Numbered from the stretch's first letter, positions 8,283 through 18,226 are shown. The stretch is 32,000 nucleotides of DNA from an archaeon (GCA_024275415.1 JAJRZD010000091.1:1-32000), one strand, 5' to 3'. Notes: generated by a model not told the origin, from the letters alone. A program made the numbers and translations.

Positions 8283-9929
8283 CTATCTGTCTGCAGGAAC
8301 GGGAACCACATTTCCTCGGTTCAATAGCCACTTGGGGTCGAGTGCACGTTTGACTGCCTGCATCTGCTCGATACCCTTCTCCCCGTACATGATTTTCAGA
8401 AAATCACGCTTGAGTTTTCCGATACCATGTTCTGCAGCTACAGTACCTCCCAATTCTACTGCCTTCTTTGCGAAGGTCATGTAGTTGTCCATGCCCTGAT
8501 CCACCTCTTCATCATTACGGGGTATCATGTTGCAATGAAGATGGTTGTTTCCGATATGCCCAAAGATGACATATTCCATTCCCTGTCCATCCAAGACTGT
8601 CCGATAATACTTGAGGTAGTCGCGTAGGGATTCATCAGGAACTGCCATGTCGGTGCCGATTTTGTGGACCTTGGGAAATTGTGCCTTCCGCTGGGCAATA
8701 AGCCCGTTCACTGTTTCAGGAACGAAATGCCTCACAATTTTCATTTTTTCGAGTTCAGAGCGTTCCATTCCGGCCCAACTTGACTCTGAGGAGCTGTTAT
8801 GTTTGTTCAGAACTGTTTCGAGGCCCATGATTTTATCTTCCATATCCGCATCTGTGTACTCGAACTCAAAGAAGACAATCGCCTTTGTCTGGTCTGACAA
8901 TGCCGGGATTTTGATTCCTGCAGAAGAGGCTTTTTCCTTGATCATCTCAATGGCATTAGGGCCGTAGTATTCCAAGAAGTCCATTTTCACAGGAGAGTCC
9001 GAAGACCTGATGTCGTATACAAATCCTACAGCATCATCCTCACTTGGGAAGAACGCTTTTACTGGCATGATATTCTCTGGGAGTGGGACAAGCCCGAGTT
9101 CGACAAGGGTAATGGCTCCCAGAATCCCTTCAGATCCGATGAAGAGGTCTATTAGATCCATGTCTGGTTTTGCATAGAGTCCTGCCGCATTCTTTGTACG
9201 GGGCATCACGTATGTTGGAATATTGACAGTCACCTTCTCTCCATCAGAGTGTTCTATCTCGAACACACCGTTATCTGCATTGCATTGTCCTCTACGAATG
9301 TCCAAGATATCCCCATTGGCTAACACGACGCGGATTCTTTTCACCCATTCTCGTGTAGCTCCATACTTGAAGGTGCGGGCACCCGAAGCATTGCAGGCTG
9401 TGATTCCACCTATCCATGCGCTTGTTTCAGTGGGATCTACGGGGAACGTGTATGCCTTTTTCTCGTTCAGGAACCTCTCGAGTGCTTTCTCCTCATCCGG
9501 CCCACCTTGTCCCTTTATCATGTCCAATCTCTTGCTTTGTACTGCATTGACAAGATCCTCGAGAAGAACCCCTGCCTCAGTTGTGATAGTATATAGGTTC
9601 TCGTCTTCATAGTATTGCATGTGAAGAAGGTTATTCATCCTTTCAAGGTTCACCGTCAGCCCACCTAATGGCACAGCAGCACCAGTCAATCCTGTGCGTG
9701 CACCTTGGATTGTGACAGGAATCTCCCTCTCATAGGCATCTTTCAGGACTGCCGCGACCTGTGCTTCATTTGCTGGGAACACAATTTTCTCTGTTTCTCC
9801 CTCAAATGAATGGCTCTCGTCATCAAGATATAGTGCGTATGTTTCAGTGATATCCGCCTGATATTCAACCACCTTCATATCCGAAAGATCGGCTTCATCT
9901 GGAGCCAGTGCTTTGATCTTATTTGTCAT
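8283..9929 (-). CDS. FAD-binding oxidoreductase (GlcD / D-lactate dehydrogenase-like FAD-linked oxidase)
   Basis: QGARTGLTGAAVP, PVDPT...IGG...NASG, GSEGILG, HIGNNHLH and AEHGIG motifs. The likely start is MTNKIK at 9929. Confidence 0.93.
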   Translation of the reverse strand: MTNKIKALAPDEADLSDMKVVEYQADITETYALYLDDESHSFEGETEKIVFPANEAQVAAVLKDAYEREIPVTIQGARTGLTGAAVPLGGLTVNLERMNNLLHMQYYEDENLYTITTEAGVLLEDLVNAVQSKRLDMIKGQGGPDEEKALERFLNEKKAYTFPVDPTETSAWIGGITACNASGARTFKYGATREWVKRIRVVLANGDILDIRRGQCNADNGVFEIEHSDGEKVTVNIPTYVMPRTKNAAGLYAKPDMDLIDLFIGSEGILGAITLVELGLVPLPENIMPVKAFFPSEDDAVGFVYDIRSSDSPVKMDFLEYYGPNAIEMIKEKASSAGIKIPALSDQTKAIVFFEFEYTDADMEDKIMGLETVLNKHNSSSESSWAGMERSELEKMKIVRHFVPETVNGLIAQRKAQFPKVHKIGTDMAVPDESLRDYLKYYRTVLDGQGMEYVIFGHIGNNHLHCNMIPRNDEEVDQGMDNYMTFAKKAVELGGTVAAEHGIGKLKRDFLKIMYGEKGIEQMQAVKRALDPKWLLNRGNVVPVPADR

Positions 9930-10085
9930 TATTCGTTCATTCCTTGAGCAATTATTATCATGGTGTGACCGCCACAGTATCAATCTTTGCCATATGACAT
10001 TTACTGATGACATGTACATTTTGAAGTCAGACCAATCGGATTAAAACCGATTTGGGAATAACAGGTTTCATTAGGAGGACGAAGG

Positions 10086-10985
10086 ATGCGGATTGTTGCA
10101 ATATCCGATATACATGCCCGAAGAAACGGACTTGATGACGATCTTGTCTGCGCTATCAGATCTAAAGTGGAAGAGTATTCTCCAGACGTATTCATAGTCG
10201 CAGGTGATGTCAGTGAGAATGCAGAGATTCTTCGTCGAACCTTAAGATTGTTGGCAGTACCTGATGCAGCCAATCTCTATGTTGCTGGCAACCATGATAT
10301 ATGGTTTGAAGAACGGTCTGGACTAGGATCGTTCGAGAAATACTCGTCTGTGATTGGCGATATCTGCCGTGATGCAGGTTTCGTCCACATCCCCGATGAG
10401 CCCTATATCCAAGGTTCTGTCGCTTTTGTCGGTAGCATGGGATGGTATGATTACTCGTTCAGGCGCGTCGACCTTGACATATCTGAAAAGCACTACTTGC
10501 AAAAACAATGGCGAGGTTACGTGTGGAGGGATTATTATGCCATTGATTGGCCATATACCGACCAAGAGTTCACGACTTTGCTAAACGGCAAGTTGAACTA
10601 TGACCTTGAAACCCTGCCCGAACATATCGAACAAGTCGTGTACGTTTCCCATCACCTTCCATTCCGAGACCTCACATTCTACAAGGATAGCCTTCCGTGG
10701 GACTTTTTCTCTGCATTCATGGGCTCGGTGAAGACAGGCGAGATATTGAAACAAGATGGGAGGGTGCTTCTATCAATCTCGGGGCACAGCCACATCCGAC
10801 GACGGGTTGAGGTCGATGGATTGACAGCAATTACAGTTCCTTTAGGCTATGGGCGGCCTCCTGATAATGTGTATGAATCGCTGGTGCAAGATGCCATTGC
10901 AATCTTGAAGTTAGGGGATACAGGTCTTTTTATTGAGCATTTTGTCGAAGGCGACATATGCGAAGGTCTTCCATATATCTTCTGA
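10086..10985 (+). CDS. Calcineurin-like metallophosphoesterase
   Basis: Motifs ISDIH, AGD, GNHD, SHH and GHSH. GGAGG RBS. Confidence 0.92.
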   Translation: MRIVAISDIHARRNGLDDDLVCAIRSKVEEYSPDVFIVAGDVSENAEILRRTLRLLAVPDAANLYVAGNHDIWFEERSGLGSFEKYSSVIGDICRDAGFVHIPDEPYIQGSVAFVGSMGWYDYSFRRVDLDISEKHYLQKQWRGYVWRDYYAIDWPYTDQEFTTLLNGKLNYDLETLPEHIEQVVYVSHHLPFRDLTFYKDSLPWDFFSAFMGSVKTGEILKQDGRVLLSISGHSHIRRRVEVDGLTAITVPLGYGRPPDNVYESLVQDAIAILKLGDTGLFIEHFVEGDICEGLPYIF

Positions 10986-11099
10986 AGAATGAATTACGAC
11001 AGATTAATGAGTGGGTACTGTTCCCTTTGCAAGTTGTGTATCATTTCGAGCCCGTGTTCCAAATGATTCGGTATATTTCATAAACTTACGTCAGGTGAA

Positions 11100-12524
11100 A
11101 TGAGTGTGGCATTGGACGCCTTTGGAGTATCGGTACTGCTTGTCTTTATTGGCACCTACATCGTAATCTCGTCTGAGAAAGTGAACAGGACTGGAACCGC
11201 GCTCCTTGGGATGGGACTTGTGGGGTTCGTATTTTGGATATTCTACGAACTTGGTCACCCTATCACGGAGGGATGGGAGGAACACGGCCCGTTCGTCGAG
11301 CTTGTGTCGCATATCGAATGGGACACCATCCTCTTCGTCACAAGCATGATGATCATTGTTGCAGTCGCGGGGGGTTCTGGGATGTTCCAGTATCTTGCCC
11401 TTCGTCTCGTTCGACCTACTAAAGGTGACCACCGAGCACTCTTCATTACCTTCCTTCTGTTCGTATTTGGGATTAGTCTATTCTTTGACACCGTTTCTAC
11501 CATGCTGATAATGTCCCCCCTAACTATCGAGGTCTGTCGTGCTCTAGATATCGATTTCAAACCCTTTCTCGTAGCAGAGTCTATAACCTGTAATTATGCT
11601 TCTATCCCTTCGATAGTAGGGGCTGTCCCAAATCTGGTCATTGCGAACAAGGTCGGGCTTGATGCTGGGTTCCTTTTTACATCCTTCTTTCCCCTTTCTG
11701 CCATACTCTTCTTCGTTAGTCTACCAATCCTCCTCAAATGGTACTCGAAGGTGTTTGGAGAAACTGACCCTCACCGTGTTGAAGCTGTATTTAGCATTGA
11801 CCCAGATCATATGATAAAGTCAAAGCGTGATTTCTACGCCTCGGTGATTGCCATAGCCGTCTTAATAATAGGATTCATGTTTGGACCGACAAGTGATCTT
11901 GCTCCAGCCATGTTTGCTCTTGTTATTGCTGCCTTCATGTTGATCCTCTCACATGACCGCGCGAATGATTTCCTCTCAAAGGTTGGTTGGGATACTGTCT
12001 TCTTTCTTGTAGGTCTCTTCGGGCTTGTCGTAGCGCTCGATATAGTTGGTCTTATCGATGATTTGGCTGCATGGATTGCAATCGTGATTGGTGATAACGC
12101 CGTTATTGCAACTGCATTCATGGTATGGGTGCCTGCTATGCTTTCTGCCTTTCTAGACAACCTCCCCGTTTCGATAGTCCTTGCACCCATCGCAGAGCAA
12201 TTCTCAACGGTCAGCCCTGTCCTCCCACTGGCACTCGTCTTTGCAGTCAATATCGGTGGCTACATATTCACCCCTCTTGGTTCGCCAGCAAATATGGTCG
12301 CGATCGGCTTTTCAGAGAAAGAACATGACCCAATCCCCTTTATAGAATTCATAAAGATCGGGACAATCCTAGGTCTTATCCATCTGACAATTGGAACAGT
12401 GTGGCTTTTACTACTTGGATATATGATCGGTCTGGGGCTTTGGATTGGCATCCTGTTCATCTTTGGTGTGGCAGTCTTTGTGCTTGGAATCGTTTATGTC
12501 GTCAAAAAGTATTTTCCCTATTAG
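11100..12524 (+). CDS. ArsB/NhaD (P-protein-like) ion-transporter-superfamily permease, paralog 1
   Basis: Multiple TM helices, with IT-family motifs FFDTVST, SIVGAVPNLVI, SAFLDNLP and GSPANMV. Confidence 0.9.
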   Translation: MSVALDAFGVSVLLVFIGTYIVISSEKVNRTGTALLGMGLVGFVFWIFYELGHPITEGWEEHGPFVELVSHIEWDTILFVTSMMIIVAVAGGSGMFQYLALRLVRPTKGDHRALFITFLLFVFGISLFFDTVSTMLIMSPLTIEVCRALDIDFKPFLVAESITCNYASIPSIVGAVPNLVIANKVGLDAGFLFTSFFPLSAILFFVSLPILLKWYSKVFGETDPHRVEAVFSIDPDHMIKSKRDFYASVIAIAVLIIGFMFGPTSDLAPAMFALVIAAFMLILSHDRANDFLSKVGWDTVFFLVGLFGLVVALDIVGLIDDLAAWIAIVIGDNAVIATAFMVWVPAMLSAFLDNLPVSIVLAPIAEQFSTVSPVLPLALVFAVNIGGYIFTPLGSPANMVAIGFSEKEHDPIPFIEFIKIGTILGLIHLTIGTVWLLLLGYMIGLGLWIGILFIFGVAVFVLGIVYVVKKYFPY

Positions 12525-12563
12525 AGTCGCCAGTGATATCGGGAAATTCACAATCGAAAGGTC

Positions 12564-13859
12564 ATGGAGGAACAACAAATGGACGTTGTAGGTGGCTTCG
12601 TTTTAGCAATCTTCATCGGAACCTATTTGGCCATTTCCACCGAGAAAGTGAATAGGACTGCAACAGCATTATTGGGTCTGGGACTAGTTGGCATTGTTCT
12701 CTGGTCTGCGTCTACAGAGTTCAACGTGCTAGTAGAGCACATCGAATGGCAGATAGTCTTATTCGTGACCGCCATGATGATCATAGTCACAGTGGCCTCC
12801 GGATCCGGCATGTTCCAATTCCTCGCCATTGAAATTGCAAAACCAACTCATGCCGACACAAAACAGCTCTATATTGCATTCCTGTCTTTTGTGTTCGTGA
12901 TTTCCCTTGTCCTCGATACGACTTCCACGATGCTTATCATGGCACCTTTGACGATCGAGCTGTGCAAATCTCTTGACATCGATTTCAAGCCCTTTCTGAT
13001 ATCAGAGGCCGTGGTGTGCAATTTTGCCTCGATCCCATCGATTGTTGGTGCAGTTCCCAATCTTGTCATTGCAGAAGAAACAGTCATTGATCAAGGGCTT
13101 CTATTCATAACTCTGATGCCTCTTTCTATTATTCTATTCTTGATATCACTTCCAATCTTGCTCAGATATTTTGATGCAGTCCTGAGCGTTCCAAGTGCAG
13201 AAGAGGTTGTTGATGAGATCCTTCTACTTGATCCCCATCACATGATCCGGTCAAAACGTGATTTTTACGCCTCTATTATCGCAATACTCGTCTTAGTGGT
13301 CAGCTTCACTATTGGTCATTCCATTGGATTCGCTCCCTCTATGGTCGCAATCATTGTAGCCTCGTTCCTTCTTTTAATAAGCCGAGAGTGGGTCGATGAC
13401 ATTCTGAAAAAAGTCAACTGGGGGACAATCTTCTTTCTGATAGGTCTCTTTGGACTCGTTGCTGCATTAGGCATTACTGGGATTATTGACGAGATTGGCA
13501 TTGCTATCGGGGCCCTGATAGGTGATGACAAACTTGTAGCAATTGTGTTTATGATATGGGTTCCCGGACTGCTTTCAGCTGTAATAGATAACATTCCCAT
13601 ATCAGCTGTTGTCGCCCCTATCGCAAATCTGTTCGCTCCGATTAGCCCCCTATTGCCTATCGCATTGATATTCGGTGTCAACGTCGGAGGTTTCATATTG
13701 CCAATAGGTTCGCCTGCCAATATCCTTGCGATGGCGTTTGCAGAGAAAGAACATGACCGGATAAGCATGAGCGAGTTTGCTAAGATTGCTACCCCTCTCG
13801 GTTTTCTCATGCTGGGAGTTGGAACTATATGGCTCATGCTCATGTCATTGATTTTCTGA
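12564..13859 (+). CDS. ArsB/NhaD (P-protein-like) permease, paralog 2
   Basis: Same motif set (VLDTTST, SIVGAVPNLVI, SAVIDNIP, GSPANIL), tandem with paralog 1. Confidence 0.9.
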   Translation: MEEQQMDVVGGFVLAIFIGTYLAISTEKVNRTATALLGLGLVGIVLWSASTEFNVLVEHIEWQIVLFVTAMMIIVTVASGSGMFQFLAIEIAKPTHADTKQLYIAFLSFVFVISLVLDTTSTMLIMAPLTIELCKSLDIDFKPFLISEAVVCNFASIPSIVGAVPNLVIAEETVIDQGLLFITLMPLSIILFLISLPILLRYFDAVLSVPSAEEVVDEILLLDPHHMIRSKRDFYASIIAILVLVVSFTIGHSIGFAPSMVAIIVASFLLLISREWVDDILKKVNWGTIFFLIGLFGLVAALGITGIIDEIGIAIGALIGDDKLVAIVFMIWVPGLLSAVIDNIPISAVVAPIANLFAPISPLLPIALIFGVNVGGFILPIGSPANILAMAFAEKEHDRISMSEFAKIATPLGFLMLGVGTIWLMLMSLIF

Positions 13860-13875
13860 GTGTTACAAGATAGAA

Positions 13876-13941
13876 GGCGGCGTCCGTTCCTGTCCATAGC
13901 CGCCGGGAGGACGAACAAGAACGAGACCGGACGCCTCTTTT
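13876..13941 (+). other. GC-rich structured element (terminator-like) downstream of the permease pair
   Basis: GGCGTCCG(13879-13886) pairs with CGGACGCC(13928-13935), followed by TCTTTT. An alternative helix GGCGGC/GCCGCC is also possible. Confidence 0.5.
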
Positions 13942-14079
13942 ACCACACCAAGCTTATAGTCAAGTTCCCTTTTGAAACTTATGAAGCACACATATTTGTT
14001 TGAACAATAAGAAAGTGTAGGAATGCCATGTAAAAACTATCAAAAGGGGTGCATGGCCGGAATCTCAGAGGTTCACTAG

Positions 14080-14577
14080 TTGCCAAAACGTGCTCGTTGT
14101 CCTCGTTGTGACAGACTTTTCGATAGGCGGGTCTTGGACGACCACATCAGGAAGTGCAGGTTTCAGAAACAAGTGCCATTTACTCGTCAGCCGACTCCTA
14201 CTAGCAAGGTGTTAGTAGTGGACGGGAACAATGTCGCATACCATCTGGCCCCGATGGGAGTACCTCACGCAGCTAACCTCTTGAATGCCATCAATAGCCT
14301 TGTTATGGCCGGGTATAGACCCCTCGTTGTCATTTCAGCAGCTCTCAAACACAAGATTGACCGACCTATGGTTTTGATGGACTTGATTTCAAAAGGCTAT
14401 GTTATTGAAGCTCCTTCTGGTACTGATGATGACCTGTTGATAATCAAGCAGTCCCGACAGAGAGGTGCGGATATTGTCAGCAATGACCGGTTTCTTAACT
14501 GGCTGAATCGTTTTCCTTGGCTTGTGTCTAGACTGAGAAGGTATCGCCTTACCCCTTCCGGGCTCATCCTAACCTAA
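14080..14577 (+). CDS. Zc3h12a/NYN-type PIN ribonuclease with an N-terminal C2HC zinc finger
   Basis: Finger CPRCDRLFDRRVLDDHIRKC, PIN motifs VVDGNNVA, GTDDDLLII and IVSNDRF. TTG start with an AGAGGT RBS. Confidence 0.85.
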   Translation: MPKRARCPRCDRLFDRRVLDDHIRKCRFQKQVPFTRQPTPTSKVLVVDGNNVAYHLAPMGVPHAANLLNAINSLVMAGYRPLVVISAALKHKIDRPMVLMDLISKGYVIEAPSGTDDDLLIIKQSRQRGADIVSNDRFLNWLNRFPWLVSRLRRYRLTPSGLILT

Positions 14578-14642
14578 CACAATTGTTTTAATGACTTGGG
14601 GGTTGGCGTTTCTGAAACATCTCAGCACAAGGAGTGGTCTTC

Positions 14643-16415
14643 ATGAACGCGAAAGAACTTAGAAAGATGTATCTGGACTTCTTCAAGGAGAAGGGTCATG
14701 CTGTGATACCCTCCGCATCACTCATGCCTGAGAATGATCCAACGGTTCTTTTCACCTCTGCTGGCATGCATCCGTTGGTTCCTTATCTCCTGGGTGAGCC
14801 ACATCCTGAAGGTACCCGCCTTGCAAGCTGTCAGAAGTGTGTTCGGACGACTGATATTGATGAGGTCGGGGATACCACCCACCTGACATTCTTTGAGATG
14901 CTGGGGAACTGGAGCCTGAATGATTACTGGAAGAAGGAGGCCATTTCTTGGAGCTACGAGTTTCTCACTTCCAAGAAGTATCTCGGGTTCGATCCAGAGA
15001 AACTCTGGGTCACAGTGTTCGCTGGTGATGACGATGCCGAAAGAGACGAGGAATCTGCGGAGGTTTGGAAAAGCCTTGGAATTCCCGAAGAACGCATCTA
15101 CTATCTAGGGAAGAAGGATAACTGGTGGGGGCCGGCTGGAAGCACCGGGCCCTGCGGTCCTGATACTGAGATGTTCATAGAAGTTGATGAGATACCCCGA
15201 TGTAGTGATGGCTGTCGGCCCGGATGCAGTTGTGGACATTTCGTCGAGGTGTGGAATGATGTCTTCATGTACTACAACAAGCAGGAAGATGGAAAGTACG
15301 TGAAGATGGAACGAAGGAACATCGATACAGGCATGGGGGTTGAACGCACCCTAGCAATGCTCCAAGGAGTACAGACCGTCTTTGATACTGATCTTTTCCT
15401 CCCTCTTATCGACAAGATAAAAGAGATGGCAGGAATTGAAAATCCTGATGCACACCAGACCCGTCTGATACGCGTAGTGGCTGACCATGTGAAATCAGCC
15501 GTCATGATTATGGCAGACGACCGTAAAGTTTCACCGTCAAATGTAGAAGCGGGCTATATTGTCCGTAGACTCATCAGAAAGGCAATTCATAGTGCCGACA
15601 TCTTGGGAATAGAGAAAGGCTTCATGAAGAATCTCGCAGACATAGTCATCCAGATGTATGGGGACGTATATGATGAGGTCGAGCGAAACAAGGATTTCAT
15701 CCATCAGAACCTGGAGCTTGAAGAGAACAAGTTCAGGAAGACTCTACGCAAAGCATTGAACAAGTTGCATAGGATTCTCAATGAAACTGGCTCGATTACG
15801 GGTGCGGACGCATTCCTCCTTTTTACCAGCTTCGGACTTCCTGTAGAGATGACCCGAGAAATTGCCATAGAGAACGGAATCCAAGTCGATATGAAGGAAT
15901 TCCAGAGGCAGTTCGAGGAACACAGAGAGAAGTCCCGTACTGCCACACAAGGTAAGTTCAAGGGTGGTCTCGCTGACCATAGCGAGGAGATTACAAAGCT
16001 CCATACGGCCACACACCTGTTACAGGCTGCGCTCCGTAAGGTTCTGGGCGACTCGGTGACCCAGAATGGTAGTAACATAACTAAGGAGCGTCTACGGTTT
16101 GATTTCACATTTGACCGCAAGCTGACTCCTGAGGAAGTCAAGGCTGTAGAAGACATTGTCAATGAGGTAATTCAGGCTAACTTGGAAGTGAAACGAGAGT
16201 TTATGCCCTATGAGGATGCGATCAATTCAGGAGCGTTAGCATTCTTTAAGGAGAATTATGGTGATACAGTATCTGTCTATGCTGTTGGCGATTTTAGCAG
16301 GGAACTCTGTGGTGGGCCTCATGTGGAGCGAACCGGAATCCTTGGCAAGTTCAAGATTGCTAAGCAAAAGAAGATTGGTGCTGGTATCATGCGTATTCGG
16401 GCCGTGTTAGAGTAG
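14643..16415 (+). CDS. alaS: Alanine--tRNA ligase, short form (no C-Ala domain)
   Basis: Motifs DPTVLFTSAGMHP, FFEMLGNWS, GPCGPDTE, IDTGMGVER and DHVKS. The editing-site motifs HTATH and LCGGPH are intact. The start is ATG 14643 or GTG 14634. Confidence 0.96.
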   Translation: MNAKELRKMYLDFFKEKGHAVIPSASLMPENDPTVLFTSAGMHPLVPYLLGEPHPEGTRLASCQKCVRTTDIDEVGDTTHLTFFEMLGNWSLNDYWKKEAISWSYEFLTSKKYLGFDPEKLWVTVFAGDDDAERDEESAEVWKSLGIPEERIYYLGKKDNWWGPAGSTGPCGPDTEMFIEVDEIPRCSDGCRPGCSCGHFVEVWNDVFMYYNKQEDGKYVKMERRNIDTGMGVERTLAMLQGVQTVFDTDLFLPLIDKIKEMAGIENPDAHQTRLIRVVADHVKSAVMIMADDRKVSPSNVEAGYIVRRLIRKAIHSADILGIEKGFMKNLADIVIQMYGDVYDEVERNKDFIHQNLELEENKFRKTLRKALNKLHRILNETGSITGADAFLLFTSFGLPVEMTREIAIENGIQVDMKEFQRQFEEHREKSRTATQGKFKGGLADHSEEITKLHTATHLLQAALRKVLGDSVTQNGSNITKERLRFDFTFDRKLTPEEVKAVEDIVNEVIQANLEVKREFMPYEDAINSGALAFFKENYGDTVSVYAVGDFSRELCGGPHVERTGILGKFKIAKQKKIGAGIMRIRAVLE

Positions 16416-16517
16416 GCTATTCCAGCCTTCATGGCATGATTTAACCCGCACATCTACATCATAGCCTTTTTATGATGTACCCCGTAAATGCCGAGTCCAC
16501 GATAGGAGATTACTAGA

Positions 16518-17180
16518 ATGGGAACCTTCTCTCGCATATTCGGCACCGAAGATAAGAAGTTGCAGAAGAGGGCTGATGAGCTCCTACTCAGGCTCAGCAA
16601 GGGACTTCAATCTGCAAGTGCCAAGCTTTGTGTGGCATCAAAGGTCTGGGAGGAACAGAAACTCGATGTTCTTAGGGAAATAGAACACGAGGTCATTGAA
16701 CTTGAAAGAGAGATGGATGAGGTCAAGGAGGAGCTGATCGAGAACATCCTCACCAAATCAGCATTCCTACCCCAAGCATCTCTGGAACGGCATACTCTTG
16801 CCAAAGCAATGGATCGGGTCGTTGATGCTGCTGAGAATGCTATCCGTATAATGGCTATGGGGTGTGGTATGAAACCTCCATCTGAGATTCGGAAACTTGG
16901 GAAGAAAGTATGGATGTGCACTGACTTGCTTCAAGATGCTGTCAAATATCTGTACAAGGACTTCAATAAAGCCATAGACATAACCAGAGAGCTGGATCAT
17001 CTCAGGGAAGAAGCCCGTGATATCCAATTCTTGCTGCTTGGAAATCTGTATAACACTCCCGAATTTCGTCCTAATGAGATTATCCTGTTCCAGACCGTTT
17101 CCGAAAGGATGGTTTTGGTAGCACAACGGGCCGAGGATGCCGCGGACTACATTCGTGAGCTTGCTGTCAAGTACAGCTGA
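16518..17180 (+). CDS. DUF47 family (PhoU-like) phosphate transport regulator
   Basis: All-helical, with LEREMDEVKEEL...FLP and AQRAEDAADYI motifs. Directly upstream of a PiT transporter. Confidence 0.88.
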   Translation: MGTFSRIFGTEDKKLQKRADELLLRLSKGLQSASAKLCVASKVWEEQKLDVLREIEHEVIELEREMDEVKEELIENILTKSAFLPQASLERHTLAKAMDRVVDAAENAIRIMAMGCGMKPPSEIRKLGKKVWMCTDLLQDAVKYLYKDFNKAIDITRELDHLREEARDIQFLLLGNLYNTPEFRPNEIILFQTVSERMVLVAQRAEDAADYIRELAVKYS

Positions 17181-17196
17181 TTCAGAGGAATGAGCA

Positions 17197-18225
17197 GTGG
17201 AACTCTATCTGTTACTTGTCTTGCTCATTATCTGTTTTATAGTGGCCTTTGCCATTGGAAGCAATGACGAAACCATGAGCCCTGCTGTAGGTGCGAGAAT
17301 CTTCTCAATCCGACTTGCAGTCATAATTGGTGGCATCATAAACATAATTGGAGCTATATCTCTTGGAGGTGGCGTTTCAGAGAAGGTAGGCTCTGACTTG
17401 GTCAGCGGTATCTCGCTTACCACGAGCATGGTATTCGCAATTTTGATATCAATGGCAATCTGGTTGCTCTTGGCATCGGCTACCAAGGGACTCCCCATCA
17501 GCACAACACAGTGTATAGTTGGCTCTGTGTTAGGTGTTGCAATAGGTGCTCCACTTCTTGGCATCGATGGTTGGGGCATCTCGGTCATTGACTGGTTTAT
17601 TGTCATAGAGATATTCGCAGGCTGGATTATTTCTCCTATCATCGGATTCCTCATAGCTGGGTTTGTCTTTGCCACAGTCCGACGAATTCAGAAGCGGGCT
17701 TCTGGCCTTGAGGCCCGCGAGAAACAAGAGCGAATTGCGGCATATGGTCTAGCACTTTTCCTTATCTTTACAGGACTGAGTCGTGGAGGCAATGATGTAG
17801 CTAATGCGGTATCTCCACTTATTGCAATGGAGGACTTCCAAGGCACTTTTTCGATTGGCAGTGTGACCGTTGGGACATTTATCATCCCTCTCTTCGTTGG
17901 TGGTCTGGGTATGGCTATCGGGCTCGCAGTCGTGGGCCGAAAAGTAATCAAGACCCTGTCTACAGAGGTTGTCACACTTTCCCCATCATCGGCTCTTTCA
18001 GCCAGTGTTTCAGTCTCATTGGTCATGTTCGTGGGCACGTACTTTGGTCTTCCTCTCAGCGGGACGCATGTTCTTGTGGCAGCTTTGATTGCAGTCGGAT
18101 GGGTTTCTCAGGAACCAGTTCATAAAAAGCAAGTAAAGTCTATCATCATATCTTGGATAGCCACAGTTCCAATATCGGCGCTATTTGGTTTCTTCATTTT
18201 ATTGTTCACGAACATGGTCGTATAG
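17197..18225 (+). CDS. PiT-family inorganic phosphate transporter
   Basis: PiT signature motifs AIGSND and GGNDVANA, plus GLPISTTQ and GLPLSGTH. Confidence 0.93.
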   Translation: MELYLLLVLLIICFIVAFAIGSNDETMSPAVGARIFSIRLAVIIGGIINIIGAISLGGGVSEKVGSDLVSGISLTTSMVFAILISMAIWLLLASATKGLPISTTQCIVGSVLGVAIGAPLLGIDGWGISVIDWFIVIEIFAGWIISPIIGFLIAGFVFATVRRIQKRASGLEAREKQERIAAYGLALFLIFTGLSRGGNDVANAVSPLIAMEDFQGTFSIGSVTVGTFIIPLFVGGLGMAIGLAVVGRKVIKTLSTEVVTLSPSSALSASVSVSLVMFVGTYFGLPLSGTHVLVAALIAVGWVSQEPVHKKQVKSIIISWIATVPISALFGFFILLFTNMVV

Positions 18226-18226
18226 G

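Noticed and set aside
14023-14079. 18-aa ORF (MPCKNYQKGCMAGISEVH) ending in TAG directly in frame before the TTG start of the PIN RNase, suggesting possible pyrrolysine read-through
   Set aside because: The TTG has its own well-spaced AGAGGT RBS, the extension has no recognisable domain, and no pyl genes are visible here. It is most likely chance.
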